A stretch of DNA of 64,000 nt from Chiloscyllium plagiosum (lineage: Eukaryota), in assembly GCF_004010195.1 (NCBI RefSeq), contig NC_057754.1, positions 7,912,747 to 7,976,746 on the forward strand, given 5' to 3'. The position numbers were made by a program, and so were the translations under genes. Below, one piece after another: positions 11,172 to 22,980 of the stretch. The notes below the pieces were generated by a model. It was not told where the DNA came from and ran no database searches. It saw nothing but the letters and a program-made list of their open reading frames with translations. Every line of letters starts with the position of its first letter. The first letter of the stretch is position 1.

Positions 11172-12054
11172 AAGGGATAATCAAGGGTGTGCAGGCTCAG
11201 AGAGCTGAGGTTGAAATCAGATTAGTCATGATCTTTATTGAATGTCTTAGCAGATTCGAGGGCTGAATGGCCTGTATCTAGCTTGGTATGGTCCAGTGTG
11301 ATAATACAAAGCTGAGTTGGACAATAAACTGTGAGGACAGCGCAAAAAGAGGAGGTGGTGGCAAAATTGGATTCGTAAAAGGGCAGACTATTTGTGTAAA
11401 CAGGGGAGGTGATGGCGTATTGGTATTATCACCAGAGTAGTAATCAGGCGGACTGTTTACATAAAGAGAGGAGGTAGTGCGATGTTGGTACTATCCCTGG
11501 ATTAGTAAGCAGGCGGATAGCTCCTGTGCACATCCCACTGTGTTTGCTGTTTATGAAAATCCTCAGAGGTGATTTGCCGCAGCCAGGCCCCCTCCTGTGA
11601 TTGGAGACGTCGCTGTAACTTCACCAGCAACCTGCCCTTGCCCGCCTTGGTCCCCTTCAGATCTTAGCTGTCATTAAAAACTTGGAACCCCGCTATTCCT
11701 GCAATGTTTTTGTGTAATCTACGGTGAAGGGTTACAAAATATTTGCTCAATGACTCGAAGGGACCCCCTGTTTACTTTTGCTCGTCTCTTCCTCCTAATG
11801 AACCTGCAACAGTTTGTGCGTTCTGATTTTGTTTATTCTAGTTTACTGTCACATTCTGCTTCCTTCCTTTTTATCCATCTGTTGTATTCAAATCGCTGCC
11901 ACCAATTGCTCCCTTTCAGAAATATTTCATTGGATGCCCTAAAGTTGCGGAAGTTGCCATGATAGTGCAAGTCTGTGTTTTGGTTGTAGAGTCATAGAGT
12001 TAAACAACATGGAAACGGATGCTCTATGTACTGTGGACTGGATTAACTAATCCA

Positions 12055-13360
12055 TAGAACGTAGAACTGTACAGGACAGGAATGGTCCCTTTGGCCCACA
12101 ATGTTGTGTTGAATATGACACGAAATTAAGCTAAACCCTTCTGCCTGCCCTTGGTTCATATCCCTTCATTCCTTGCACATTCATATGCTGACTTAAAATC
12201 CTATCTGCCTCCCCCACCACACCTAGCAGCACTTTCCAGACTCCTATCACACTCTGTGTAAAACACTTGCCCCTCACATCTCCTTTGAACTTTCTCCCTC
12301 TCACCTTAAATGCATGCCCTCGAGTATCAGACATTTCAACTCTAGGGGAAAAGGATTCTCACCATCAATCCTATCTATGCATCTCATAGTTTTATAGACG
12401 TCTATCAGCCCCTCAGCCTCTGCTGCTCCAGAGAAAGGAACCTGAGTTTTTTTGTCCCAACCTTTCCTTATGGCTCATAGCCTCTAATCCAGGCAATACC
12501 CTCTTCTGCACCCTCAACAAAGCCGCCACCACCTCCTTCCTATAATGGGGCAATGCTCTATGTGGAACATCATCCCAAACTGAATTAATCCCACCAATTT
12601 GACCCGAGCCCAAGCTTTTTCTATTCATGTATATATCCGAGTGTCTTTTAAAAATTGCAATTGTATCTACGTCCACCACTTCCTCAGGAAGTTTGTTTTG
12701 CATGCGAACCACCCTCTGTGTAAAATATTTCTCATGTCTTTTTTAAATCTCTCTCCTCTTAGCTTAAGAATGTTCCCCCCCTAGTCTTGAAATCCCTCAT
12801 CCTAGGGCAGAAGACACCTATCATTAATCCGATCTGTACCCCTTATGATTTTATAAATCTCTATAATGTCACCTCTCAACCTCCTACGCTTCAGGGAAAA
12901 AAAGTCCCAGCCTTTCTTTACAACTCAAACCTTCCATACCAAGCAACATCTTCTGAGCCCTCTCCAGCTTAATAATATCCTTCCTACATCTGGGCGACCA
13001 GAACTGGACTTAGTATTCCAGTCGACCTGTATTCCTGATGAAGGGGTTTTGCCCGAAACGTCGATTTTCCTGCTCCTGGGATGCTGCCTGGACTGCTGTG
13101 CTTTTCCAGCACTTCTCTAATCTAGACTCTGGTTTCCAGCATCTGCAGTCATTGTTTTTACATAGTATTCCAGAAGAGGCCTCACCAATGTCCTGTAAAA
13201 CTTCAACATGACGTCCCAACTCCTATGTTCAAAGGACCGAGCAATGAAGGCAAGCGTGCTAAACACCTTCCTCACCAGCCTGTCTGTGTGCGAAGGAAAC
13301 CTCAAAGAATTGTGTGCCAGGGAGCCTAGGTTCCTCTGTTCTACAATGCTACCCAAGGCC
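12055..13360 (-). mobile_element. Two adjacent CR1/HER1-like LINE 3' fragments
   Basis: Minus-strand peptides TRGHAFKVRGRKFKGDVRG, NKLPEEVVDVDTIAIFKRH and LKFYRTLVRPLLEY. Confidence 0.85.
13022..13162 (+). mobile_element. Short PLE element, family A, with intact HHR core and 11-bp TSD, inserted in a LINE
   Basis: CTGATGA at 13035-13041, GAAACGTC ending at 13062. TSD tagtattccag at 13011-13021 and 13163-13173. Confidence 0.88.
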
Positions 13361-13445
13361 CGACTGAGAATAAAAATCAGCTGGAACACAAGCACAAACT
13401 GCTGGTAAAACTCAGCAGCTCTGTCAGAAGGAGTCAGCAGGGTGG

Positions 13446-13910
13446 GGGCAGCACAGTGGCTCAGTGGTTAGCACTGCTGCCTACAATTCAATTCCTGCCG
13501 CAGGCGACTGCGCCGAGTTTGCACGTTCTCCCTGTGTCTGCGTGGGGTTTCCTCCCACAATCCAAAGATGTGCAGGTTAGGGTGGATTGGCCGCGCTAAA
13601 TTGCCCCATAGTGCCCAGGGATGTGCAGGTTAGGGTGGATTGGCTGTGCTAAATTGTCCATAGTGCCCAGGCATGTGCAGGTTAGGGTGGATAGGCTGTG
13701 CTAAATTGTCCCATAGTGCCCAGGGATGTGTAAGTTAGGGTGGATTGGCTGTGCTAAATTACCCATAGTGCCCAGGGATGTGCAGGTTAGGTACGTTGGT
13801 CTGAGGTTAATGTAGGGTAGGGGAATGGGTGTAAGTCGGTTACTCTTCGGAGGGTCGGTGTGGACTTGTTGGGCCAAAGGGCCTGTTTACAGGCTGTAGG
13901 CATTCTGGGT
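13446..13910 (+). mobile_element. SINE with about 4.5 copies of the 53-bp unit
   Basis: Head ggcagcacagtggctcagtggttagcact, tandem units ~13565-13795, SINE tail. Confidence 0.88.
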
Positions 13911-14520
13911 GAGCAGATATGTGGAGACGGAGCCCAGAGAAAACGAGAGGCAAAAAGCTGGGCATTCGAAGGGATGGTTGGTGGTAAGCCAAGATCAGCT
14001 GGTTGAGGTAGCATTGGGCATGATGTATCTGCAATGTGTTAAATGCCGAGGGAACGTAGATGGTGAAATTCTAATGCACAGCTGATGGCCTGTTAATTTT
14101 CTGGTGATGAATGCTTCGAGTAGTAATTGGGATTGTCCACCGTTTAATGTCACATTTGCTGGTGCACCATCTCTGCAGGGGTCTGTCTAATTGGCCCATT
14201 TTTTCTCTTGGCAAAACGTAAGTAATGGCTATTGAACAAAACTGCCACTTGTGTGTGTCTAATTGTAACAAATAATTTGTTTCGGCTTCGCAGCCCTGTT
14301 GGGTGGAATCATTGCTGTTTTCATGTTCTCTGCATTATAAGGCATCACGTCCAGCCAGTGTTGTTCCATTACATGCAGTGCCTGCAGTGTGAGGGCTGTC
14401 TCTGCTGATCAATCGAGTATTTTCTGCCTCAGTGTCTCTCCAGTATAGTATTCTGCACATCTGCTGTCCTGCGCCCCACTGTACCAAGATGCGAGCTCTC
14501 TTTTAGAGTGGGTGAGGTTT

Positions 14521-15385
14521 GGGGCTGCGCTGTGGCTCAGTGGCTTACAGCACCAGGGACCCAGATTTCGATTCCACCCTCGGCAGACTGTCTGTGCGGA
14601 GTTTACACATTCTCCCTGTGTCTGCGTGCGTTTCTGCTGGGTGCTCTGGTTTCCTCCCACAGTTCAAAGATGTGCAGGTTAGGATGGTTTGGCCATGTTA
14701 AATTGTCCCATAGTGTTCAGGGATGTGCAGGTTAGGGTGGTTTGGCCATGCTAAATTGTCCCATAGTGTTCAGGGATGTGCAGGTTAGGGTGGTTTGGCC
14801 ATGTTAAATTGTCCCATAGTGTCCAGTGATGTGCAGGTTAGGATGGTTTGGCCATGTTAAATTGACCCATAGTGTTCAGGGATGTGCAGGTTAGGGTGGT
14901 TTGGCCATGCTAAATTGTCCCATAGTGTCCAGGGATGTGCAGGTTAGGTGGTTTGGGCCATGCTAAATTGTCCCATAGTGCCCAGGGATGTGCAGGTTAG
15001 GGTGGAGATGTGCAGGTTATGGTGGATTGGCCGTGCTAAATTGTCCCATAGTGTCCTGGGATGTGCAGGTTAGGATGGTTTGGCAATGCTAAATTGTCCC
15101 ATAGTGCCCAGGGATGTGCTGGTTAGGGTGGTTTGACCGTGCTAAATTGTCCCATAGTGCGCAGGGATGTGCAGGTTAGGATGGTTTGGCCGTGCTAAAT
15201 TGTCCCATAGTGCCCAGGGATGTGCTGGTTAGGGTGGATTGGCCGTGCTAAATTGTCCCATAGTGTCCTGGGATGTGCANGGGGGGGGGGGGCGTTGGTG
15301 CTGCTGTTCTGAGTGGGATGCTCTTCGGAGGGTCATTGCAGACTCGAGGGGCCGAATGGCCTCTTTCTGCACTGTAGGGATCCTG
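14521..15385 (+). mobile_element. SINE with about 11 copies of the 53-bp unit
   Basis: Head at 14521, array ~14668-15279, tail gcactgtagggatcct. Confidence 0.9.
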
Positions 15386-15880
15386 CGGTCGTTCAGCGAA
15401 TTGTTCCAGGTCAGAAGGACCTCCACGATGAGGGTAGATTGGAGAAACTGAGGGTAGTTCCCCTGGGAGTAAAAGTTTGAATAGAGGTCAGACCAAGGCG
15501 TTCAAAATTGCGAGGAGTCCGGACAACGTAGATGGGGAGAAGCTGTTTCCATTGGCAGAGGGGTCAAGCAACCGAGTGAACTGGGAGAAGATATGACAGC
15601 GATGTGAGGGAAAACTGTTTATGCAGCAATTGGTGAGGTTTCCCATCAAGAGGGGCAAACCCTGTCGAGTCTTTCTGAAGGATATTGAACAGTTGTCACA
15701 GGAGAAGAGGTTTGGAGGATGATGGGGACGAGGTCTGCAGGGCTGGCTAAGCTGCTCCTTCAGAAAGTTGGCACACAGTTCGAGGGGGCCAAATGGTTTT
15801 GTCCTGAGCTGCAGTCACTCTATGAATCTCTGTTGGTGATGCATTGATCAGAAGGGAGAAAGTGGGAACAGGACTGAGTT

Positions 15881-16198
15881 GGGTGGCATGGAGACTCAGT
15901 GGTTAGCACTGCTGCCTCACAGCACCAAGGTCCCAAGTTCGATTTCAGCCTCAGGTGAATGTCTGTGGGGAGTTTGCACATTCTCCCCGTGACTGTGTGG
16001 GTTTCCTCAAGGTGCTCCGGTTTCCTCCCACAGTCCAAAGATGTGCAGGTTAGGGTGAATTGCCAGGCTAAATTACCCAGAGAGTTCGGTGCATTAGTCA
16101 GAGGGAAATGGGTCTGGGTGGGTTACTCTTTGGAGGGTCGGTGTGGACTGGTTGGGCCGAAGGGCCTGTTTCCACACTGTAGGGAACCTAATCTAATC
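15881..16198 (+). mobile_element. HE1/V-SINE-like SINE
   Basis: Head, core and ctaatctaatc tail. Confidence 0.9.
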
Positions 16199-16412
16199 AG
16201 CCATGGTCATACTGAATGGGACATCAGGATCATAGGGCTGAATGGTCTCCTCCTGCTCCTATTTACTTTGTTTTGTGTTTTTTGATGCTTGTAAGAAGGT
16301 GGCTTTGCAAAGAGAAATTGCAAATGGAGGGCAGTACTGGCCTGAAGTGCTGTGTGACCTATTCCTGTGTATCTCATTGCTTTTCATGTTCTTTCAATTC
16401 CTCCCTGCTCAG

Positions 16413-16531
16413 GTGGGTTATGAGAACGCTGGCACAGTGGAATTTCTTGTCGACAAGCAAGACAAGTACTTTTTCATCGAGGTCAACTCCAGGCTGCAAG
16501 TGGAGCACACCGTGACTGAAGAAATCACTGA
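16413..16531 (+). CDS. PC: Internal coding exon of pyruvate carboxylase (biotin carboxylase/ATP-grasp domain)
   Basis: Translates [39 protein letters not shown](D, split codon). It has the PC-type [17 protein letters not shown] motif, whereas PCCA/MCCC1/ACC have RLQVEHP. A polypyrimidine tract plus AG ends at 16412, the GTAAGT donor starts at 16532, and the exon is 119 nt, phase 0/2. Confidence 0.96.
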
Positions 16532-17174
16532 GTAAGTGGTTCACCGCTAATTAATGGTAATGGGGAAGTCTGCAGGCGTTTCAGGCGGAGTTAATGAGGT
16601 GACTGCATCACCAGGAGCCACTTGAGGGAATAGATTCTGTGATCACAGTGCAGCTACATGAACACAATCAACTGCTGCTCATTGCTCCTGGGAAATTTCT
16701 CCATGTAAAACGCTGCTGTTGTTGGCGGTCGTTTCTCCCTTTTTCTCCTTGTGTGCTCTCTTTTTAATGGGAGAGGGATGATTGCCAACAGGCACAATGG
16801 ACTCGCGCAAATGCTGCACCCCCCCGGCCCCCCCAGTTTAAATACCAAACACTCGATTGTATTCGATGCTCTATCTCTGATGTCTTCCGTCCCCATCCAA
16901 TGAGTTTGGTCTTTAGCTTTGGAAGTGAATACAGCTACACTCATCCTCTTGCAACGAATGGCGCTATCTTACTGGTCGCTTTTGTGTGTGTGTGTCTGTG
17001 TGTGTTCTCTTGTTAGACTTAATAAGCAACTTCTATAAATGTCAAAGGAACCCACTCACTGGGAACACCCAGCCATTTCCATATGAACCTGTCACCAGCT
17101 TGCCTCCTCAGAGGTCAGCTTGACCCAGGTTTTGCAGGTCAGATCCTCGAGGAGGCTTTGTTGGTTTGTGTCTT

Positions 17175-18305
17175 GTTATTTGGTTTATTGTTGTCACATG
17201 TGCCGAGGTACAATGAAAAGTTTTGTTTTGTGTGCCGTGCAAGCAGACCATACCATACAAAGTGCATCAGGGTAATAGAACAGAGCGAGGAATACAATGT
17301 TACAGCTTCAGAGGTGATTAGATTAGATTCTCTACAGTGTGGAAACAGGCCCTTCAGCCCAACAAGTCCACACCGCCCCTCCGAAGAGAAACCCACCCAG
17401 ACCCATTCCCCTACCCTATATTTACCCCTGACTAACACACCTAACACTACGGTCAATTTAGCACGGCCAATTCACCTGACCTGCACATCTTTGGATTGTG
17501 GGAGGAAATCGGACCACCCGAGGAAATTCATGCAGACACGGGGAGAACGTGCAAACTCCACACAGACAGGCGGGCATCCAACCTGGGTCCCTGGTGCTAT
17601 GAGGCAGCAGTGCTAACCACTGAGCCACTGAGCCACTGTGCCACCCCCATAAGGTGCACAAAGAATAGGACCAACATTAAATATAAAATTGATGAAGGGC
17701 TTTTACCCGAAACGTCGATTTCGCTGCTCCTTGGATGCTACCTGAACTGCTGTGCCCTTCCAGCACCACTAATCCAGAATCTGGTTTCCAGCATCTGCGG
17801 TCATTGTTTTTACCTCGTAAAATTTGAGGGGTCCATTCAGCAGTCTAACAACAGTGGGGAAGAAGCTGTTCTTGAATCTGTCAGTCGGTGCGAATAAGCT
17901 TATGTATCTTCTGCCAAACGGAAGAGGTTGGAAGAGATTACAACTGGGGTTGGAGGGGTCTTTGATGATGTCGGCTGTCTTCCTGAGGCAGTGGGAAGTG
18001 TAGATGGAGTCAATGGATGGAATCCCTGAAGAATGGTCACTGGACCCGAAATGTTAACTCTAATTTGTCTTCACAGATGCTGCCAGACCTGCTGAGCTTT
18101 TCCAGCAACTTTTGTTTATGTTTCTGATTTACAGCATCCGCAGTTCTTTCGGTTTTTAACAGGCGGAAGGTTGGCTTGCATGATGGATTGGGCTGTGTTC
18201 GTAACTCTCTGTAGTTTCTCACAGTCCTGGGCAGATCAGTTGCCACACTGAGCTGTGATGCATCCAGAGAGAAAACACTTTCTGTGGTGCGTCTGTAAAA
18301 ATTGG
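17175..18305 (-). mobile_element. Rex1/Babar-like LINE 3' end carrying three nested insertions
   Basis: Minus strand reads, with frameshifts, NFYRRT...SGCITAQCGN...LQRV..TAQSI...SIDSIYTSHCLRKTADIIKDPS...LPFGRRY...FKNSFFPTVVRLLN, typical of the Rex1/Babar ORF end. Nested SINE 17317-17650 and PLE pieces 17690-17815 and 18025-18160. Confidence 0.75.
17690..17815 (+). mobile_element. Short PLE element, family A
   Basis: tgatgaagggcttttacccgaaacgtcg...ccagcatctgcggtcattgtttttacc. Confidence 0.85.
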
Positions 18306-18882
18306 TTCTTTGCGTTTTGCAGTTTCCTATTTTGTGAGCTCTACTCCCCCCGCCCCCAACCTGGAAGGAGTGGCATTGCTGGTGTGCAGACTGTGTGGGC
18401 CTGTGCGATATGGTTCAGCCGCCCGATGGAGGAGGGCAGCGTTTGGCGTCTGAATGAATTGGCTCATAGCTGTTTCATCGTGGGAGTTCGCTGACGATAG
18501 ACTGTATTGTTAATGTTATCAGACATCTGGATGCACAAATATTCATCCGTTTCTTTTGGTTATCAAAAGAGCAGTGATAAGGAAGTCCTCTGGGAAGCAG
18601 TGCTCACTGATTCCCGTGACTGCTAAAAGGTCAACTCTTCCAAGTTAATTGATTTGCAAATCTCTCATAAAACTTGGTGTGAATTGCAGGCACTTTTAAT
18701 GCTTGCAGGCTGTTCTGGAGATTTACTTCTGATAAACAGTGACGTGAAGCAGGGGGACTGCGTCGTGAACATAATTATGATACCGTTTAGGTAGTCCTTT
18801 ATGTTACTGAGGGGTTGGAAGGGGAGGGTTTCTACTCAAAAGAGCAGAGCCAGACTTGTGTGTCGAATGGCGCAGTCACCAT

Positions 18883-18969
18883 TGAAGGGCTTAGGCCCGA
18901 AACGTCTATTCTCCTGCCCCTCGGATGCTGCCTGACCTGCTGTGCTTTGCCAGCACTGCACTCTCGACA
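18883..18969 (+). mobile_element. Short PLE element, family A, truncated within the HHR
   Basis: tgaagggcttaggcccgaaacgtc..., flanked by cagtcacc(c)attg on both sides (18873 and 18970). Confidence 0.75.
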
Positions 18970-19316
18970 CAGTCACCCATTGGTTAGTGTTTTTCCGGTG
19001 TCAGTGCCGAGGCTTCAGATCCCACACCGGCTGAGTTTACCACGAAGGGCTGTCCTTCTCATCTCCACCTGAGGCACGGTTGAACCGCACCAGCCGCCTG
19101 TCTCTAAAGAGAGAGGAGCCCAGTGGTCCTTCTACGTCTATGACGACTTTACATTACTAAAGCTCCTCAAGCTGGGAGAGGCGTCGTCCTAGCGATATTA
19201 TTGCTAGGCTACTAATGCACAGACCCCAGTTAATGTCCTGGGCACCCAGGTTCGAATCCCATCATGGCAAATAAAAATAAAAAAATTGGAATTAAGAATG
19301 GCCATTGTCAGGAACA

Positions 19317-19452
19317 AAAGGTAAAAACAATGACTGCAGATGCTGGAAACCTGATTCTGGATCAGTGGTGCTGGAAGAGCACAGCAATTCAGGCGAAGCT
19401 CCTCGGATGCTGCCTGAACTGCTGTGCTCTTCCAGCACCACTGATCCAGAAT
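19317..19452. mobile_element. Fold-back PLE fragment (family A tail) with 13-bp TSD
   Basis: Inverted attctggatcagtggtgctggaagagcacagca / tgctgtgctcttccagcaccactgatccagaat. TSD attgtcaggaaca at 19304-19316 and 19453-19465. Confidence 0.87.
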
Positions 19453-19861
19453 ATTGTCAGGAACAGCCCATCTGGTTCACTGATGTTCTTCAGGGAAGGA
19501 TATTGCCATCCTCACCTGGCCTGGCCGACGTGTGACTCCAGACTCTTTAACTGCCCCCTGGGCGATTAGGGATGGGCAATAAATGCTGGTCGAGCCAGCA
19601 GTGCCCACATCCTGTGAGTGAATTTGAAATAAAAACCTGTGGGGGACAGGGGTATAGATAAGTGTGTGGATGGGATGAGCTGAAGTGGAGGGAGGAGGTC
19701 CGGGTGGGATTTCACCAAGGTGGGGGCATTCGCCTGTTTCAGGCTGTACCTCAATAATATAATTCTGTATTTCAGTCCAGCTTTCCTATTGTCTGTCAGG
19801 TGCTTTGTGCACCGGATTCCTGGGATTCATGTATCCGAAAATCATTAAACCGTGTTATCTA

Positions 19862-20290
19862 CCGTGTGTACCCGAGTAATAATCAATCTCGTGTAAAAGC
19901 CGACCTCCTATCTTTGGCCAAATAACCTGGAATTTCCCACACATCTCGTGGGAAAGGTGACCCTAGTTCCTCGCAGATAACAGATCAACGTTTCTGAGTC
20001 AGTGTGCCAGCCGTCACGTCCCGTTCCAGTCTGCCAGTTGTCCCACCCCACTCCTGGTCTTCCAGTCTGCTGGCTGTTGTGCTCCGCTCCGGAATTTCCG
20101 AATTACCATAAGTTGTTTATTTTCCATTGTTAGTTTAGGGATCAGTTGCGCTTCTGCTAATGATATGGTATGAATTTTGCTGGGCATCAATTTCAGCCCC
20201 TCAAAAGTAGTATCCATGTAGTATTCGGCCCCATACATTTAACCTTAAAATGTAGTCAAGAAAATTTGACTATTACTGGAGTATATACGG
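19862..20290. mobile_element. Non-autonomous Tc/mariner-superfamily DNA transposon (MITE) with TA TSD
   Basis: Left ta|ccgtgtgtacccgagtaataatcaa; right end reverse-complements to ta|ccgtatatactccagtaatagtcaa (22/27 identical including the TA). No ORF. Confidence 0.7.
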
Positions 20291-20328
20291 TAAATAAAAA
20301 CTGCCCCACCAGATTCTCCTGTTGTAAT

Positions 20329-22075
20329 ACACTGGCTGCAATGAGGAGTGCCGGAGCAGGCACACTGGCCGCAGTGAGATAGTGCCGGAGCAGGCACACT
20401 GGCCGCAATGAGGTGGTGCCAGAGCAGGCACACTGGCCGCAATGAGGTGGTGCCGGAGCAGGCACACTGACCGCAGTGAGGAGTGCCGGAGCAGGCACAC
20501 TGGCCGCAATGAGGTGGTGCCGGAGCAGGCACACTGGCCGCAGTGAGATAGTGCCAGAACAGGCACACTGGCCGCAATGAGGTGGTGCCAGAGCAGGCAC
20601 ACTGGCCGCAGTGAGATAGTGCCAGAGCAGGCATACTGGCCGCAATGAGGTGGTGCCAGAGCAGGCACACTGGCCGCAATGAGGTGGTGCCAGAGCAGGC
20701 ACACTGGCCGCAGTGAGATAGTGCCGGAGCAGGCACACTGGCCGCAATGAGGTGGTGCCAGAGCAGGCACACTGGCCGCAATGAGGTGGTGCCAGAGCAG
20801 GCACACTGGCCGCAGTGAGGAGTGCCGGAGCAGGCATACTGGCCGCTGTGAGATAGTGTCGGAGCAGGCACACTGACCGCAGTGATGAGTGCCGGAGCAG
20901 GCACACTGGCCGCAGTGAGGAGTGCCGGAGCAGGCACACTGGCCGCAGTGAGGAGTGCCGGAGCAGGCACACTGGCCGCAACGAGGAGTGCTGGAGCAGG
21001 CACACTGGCCGCAGTGAGGTAGTGCTGGAGCAGGCACACTGACCGCAGTAAGGAGTGCCGGAGCAGGCACACTGGCCGCAACGAGGAGTGCTGGAGCAGG
21101 CACACTGGCCGCAGTGAGGTAGTGCTGGAGCAGGCACACTGACCGCAGTAAGGTAGTGCTGGAGCAGGCACACTGGCCGCAGTGAGGAGTGCCGGAGCAG
21201 GCACACTGGCCGCAATGAGGAGTGCTGGAGCAGGCACACTGGCCGCAGTGAGGAGTGCCGGAGCAGTCACACTGACCGCAGTGAGGAGTGCCGGAGCAGT
21301 CACACTGACCGCAGTGAGGAGTGCCGGAGCAGGCACACTGGCCGCTGTGAGATAGTGCCGGAGCAGGCACACTGGCCGCTGTGAGATAGTGCCGGAGCAG
21401 GCACACTGGCCGCAACGAGGAGTGCCGGAGCAGGCACACTGGCCGCAGTGAGATAGTGCCGGAGCAGTCACACTGACCGCTGTGAGATAGTGCCGGAGCA
21501 GGCACATTGGCCGCTGTGAGATAGTGCCGGAGCAGGCACACTGGCCGCTGTGAGATAGTGCCGGAGCAGGCACACTGGCCGCAACGAGGAGTGCTGGAGC
21601 AGGCACACTGGCCACAGTGAGATAGTCCCTGAGCAGGCACACTGGCCGCAGTGAGATAGTGCCAGAGCAGGCACACTGGCCGCGGTGAGATAGTGCCAGA
21701 GCACGCACACTGGCCGCAGTGAGATAGTCCCTGAGCAGGCACACTGGCCGCAGTGAGATAGTGCCAGAGCAGGCACACTGGCCGCTGTGAGATAGTGCCG
21801 GAGCAGGCACACTGGCCGCAGTGAGATAGTGCCGGAGCAGGCACACTGGCCGCAGTGAGATAGTGCCGGAGCAGGCACACTGGCCGCTGTGAGATAGTGC
21901 CGGAGCAGGCACACTGGCCGCTGTGAGATAGTGCCAGAGCAGGCACACTGGCCGCTGTGAGGTAGTGCCAGAGCAGGCACACTGGCCGCTGTGAGGTAGT
22001 GCCGGAGCAGGCACACTGGCCGCAGTGAGATAGTGCCGGAGCAGGCACACTGGCCGCAGTGAGATAGTGCTGGAG
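20329..22075. repeat. GC-rich minisatellite, 33/34-bp unit, about 50 copies
   Basis: Unit agtgccggagcaggcacactggccgcagtgagat (34 bp) with variants such as ...gtgagg (33 bp). It accounts for the long repetitive minus-strand ORFs. Confidence 0.97.
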
Positions 22076-22159
22076 ACTAGTTTAATTCTGAAAAATTGGT
22101 GGCATGGACAAGTTGGGCCAAAGGGTCTATTTTCATGCTTTAGATCTCTGTGACTGTAT

Positions 22160-22760
22160 AAAACAGAGGTAACGCAGTACTCCAGGTGTGGCCTCACCAG
22201 CACCCTATACAACTGCAATGTCACCTCCCTGCTTTTTAAACTCAATCCCTTTAGCAATAAAGGGCAATATTTCATTTGCCTTCTTAATTACCTATTGCAC
22301 CTGCAGACCAACCTTCTGTGATTCACGCACAAGGACACCCAGGTCCCTCTGCATTGCAGCATGCTGCAGGTTTTTTTACTGTTCAAATAACAGTCCCATT
22401 TACTGTGATTTCTCCCGAAATGGATAACTTCATATTTATCAACATTGCGTTCCATCTGCCTGACCTTTGCCCAGTCACTTAAACTATCTATATCCCTCTA
22501 CAAACTTTGTTCTACCACTCATCTTAATGTCATCCGACAACTTTGACACACACTACACACCCCAACTCCAAGTCATCAATGTGAATTGTAAACAATTGCG
22601 GTCCCAACACTGATCCCTGAGGCACACCAGTAGTCACTGATCGCCAACTAGAAAAGCACTCATTTATTCCAACTCTTTGCTTCCTGTTAGTTACCTAATC
22701 CTCTGTCCATGCTGATACATTGCTGTAATGCCAGGCACCTTTATCTTATGCAGCAGGCTT
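22160..22760 (-). mobile_element. CR1-like LINE RT fragment
   Basis: Minus-strand translation KSREVTLQLYRVLVRPHLEYC, with a degenerate [10 protein letters not shown] motif at ~22600-22630. Confidence 0.8.
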
Positions 22761-22980
22761 TAGTATCTCCATTGTTTGTTTGTTTTTTCAACGGTCTTCA
22801 GTCTATGTTCGTGTGGGACTTGGAGGAGGATTGTTTTTGCATGTATCTGCTGTTCTTGTCCTTCTAGATGGTAGTGGTCATGAGTTTGGAAGGTGTTGTC
22901 TGAGGATCTTGGTGAATTTATGATGTGGAAAAAGGTGCTATTTCAGGTCCTACAATTCTGGACATCCCTCCTTAAGGAAC

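Noticed and set aside
14178..14223. Possible micro-exon (ctgcag ... aac|gtaagt)
   Set aside because: Weak polypyrimidine tract and no similarity to PC protein. It cannot be supported without RNA data.
16242..16412. N-terminal part of ORF 16242-16535
   Set aside because: Intronic read-through upstream of the splice acceptor. Only 16413-16531 matches PC.
20245..22275. 676-, 591-, 327- and 182-aa Cys/His-rich ORFs resembling zinc-finger or keratin-associated proteins
   Set aside because: They are translations of a 33/34-bp minisatellite whose frames interconvert at unit-length changes. The longest starts in a CR1 fragment.
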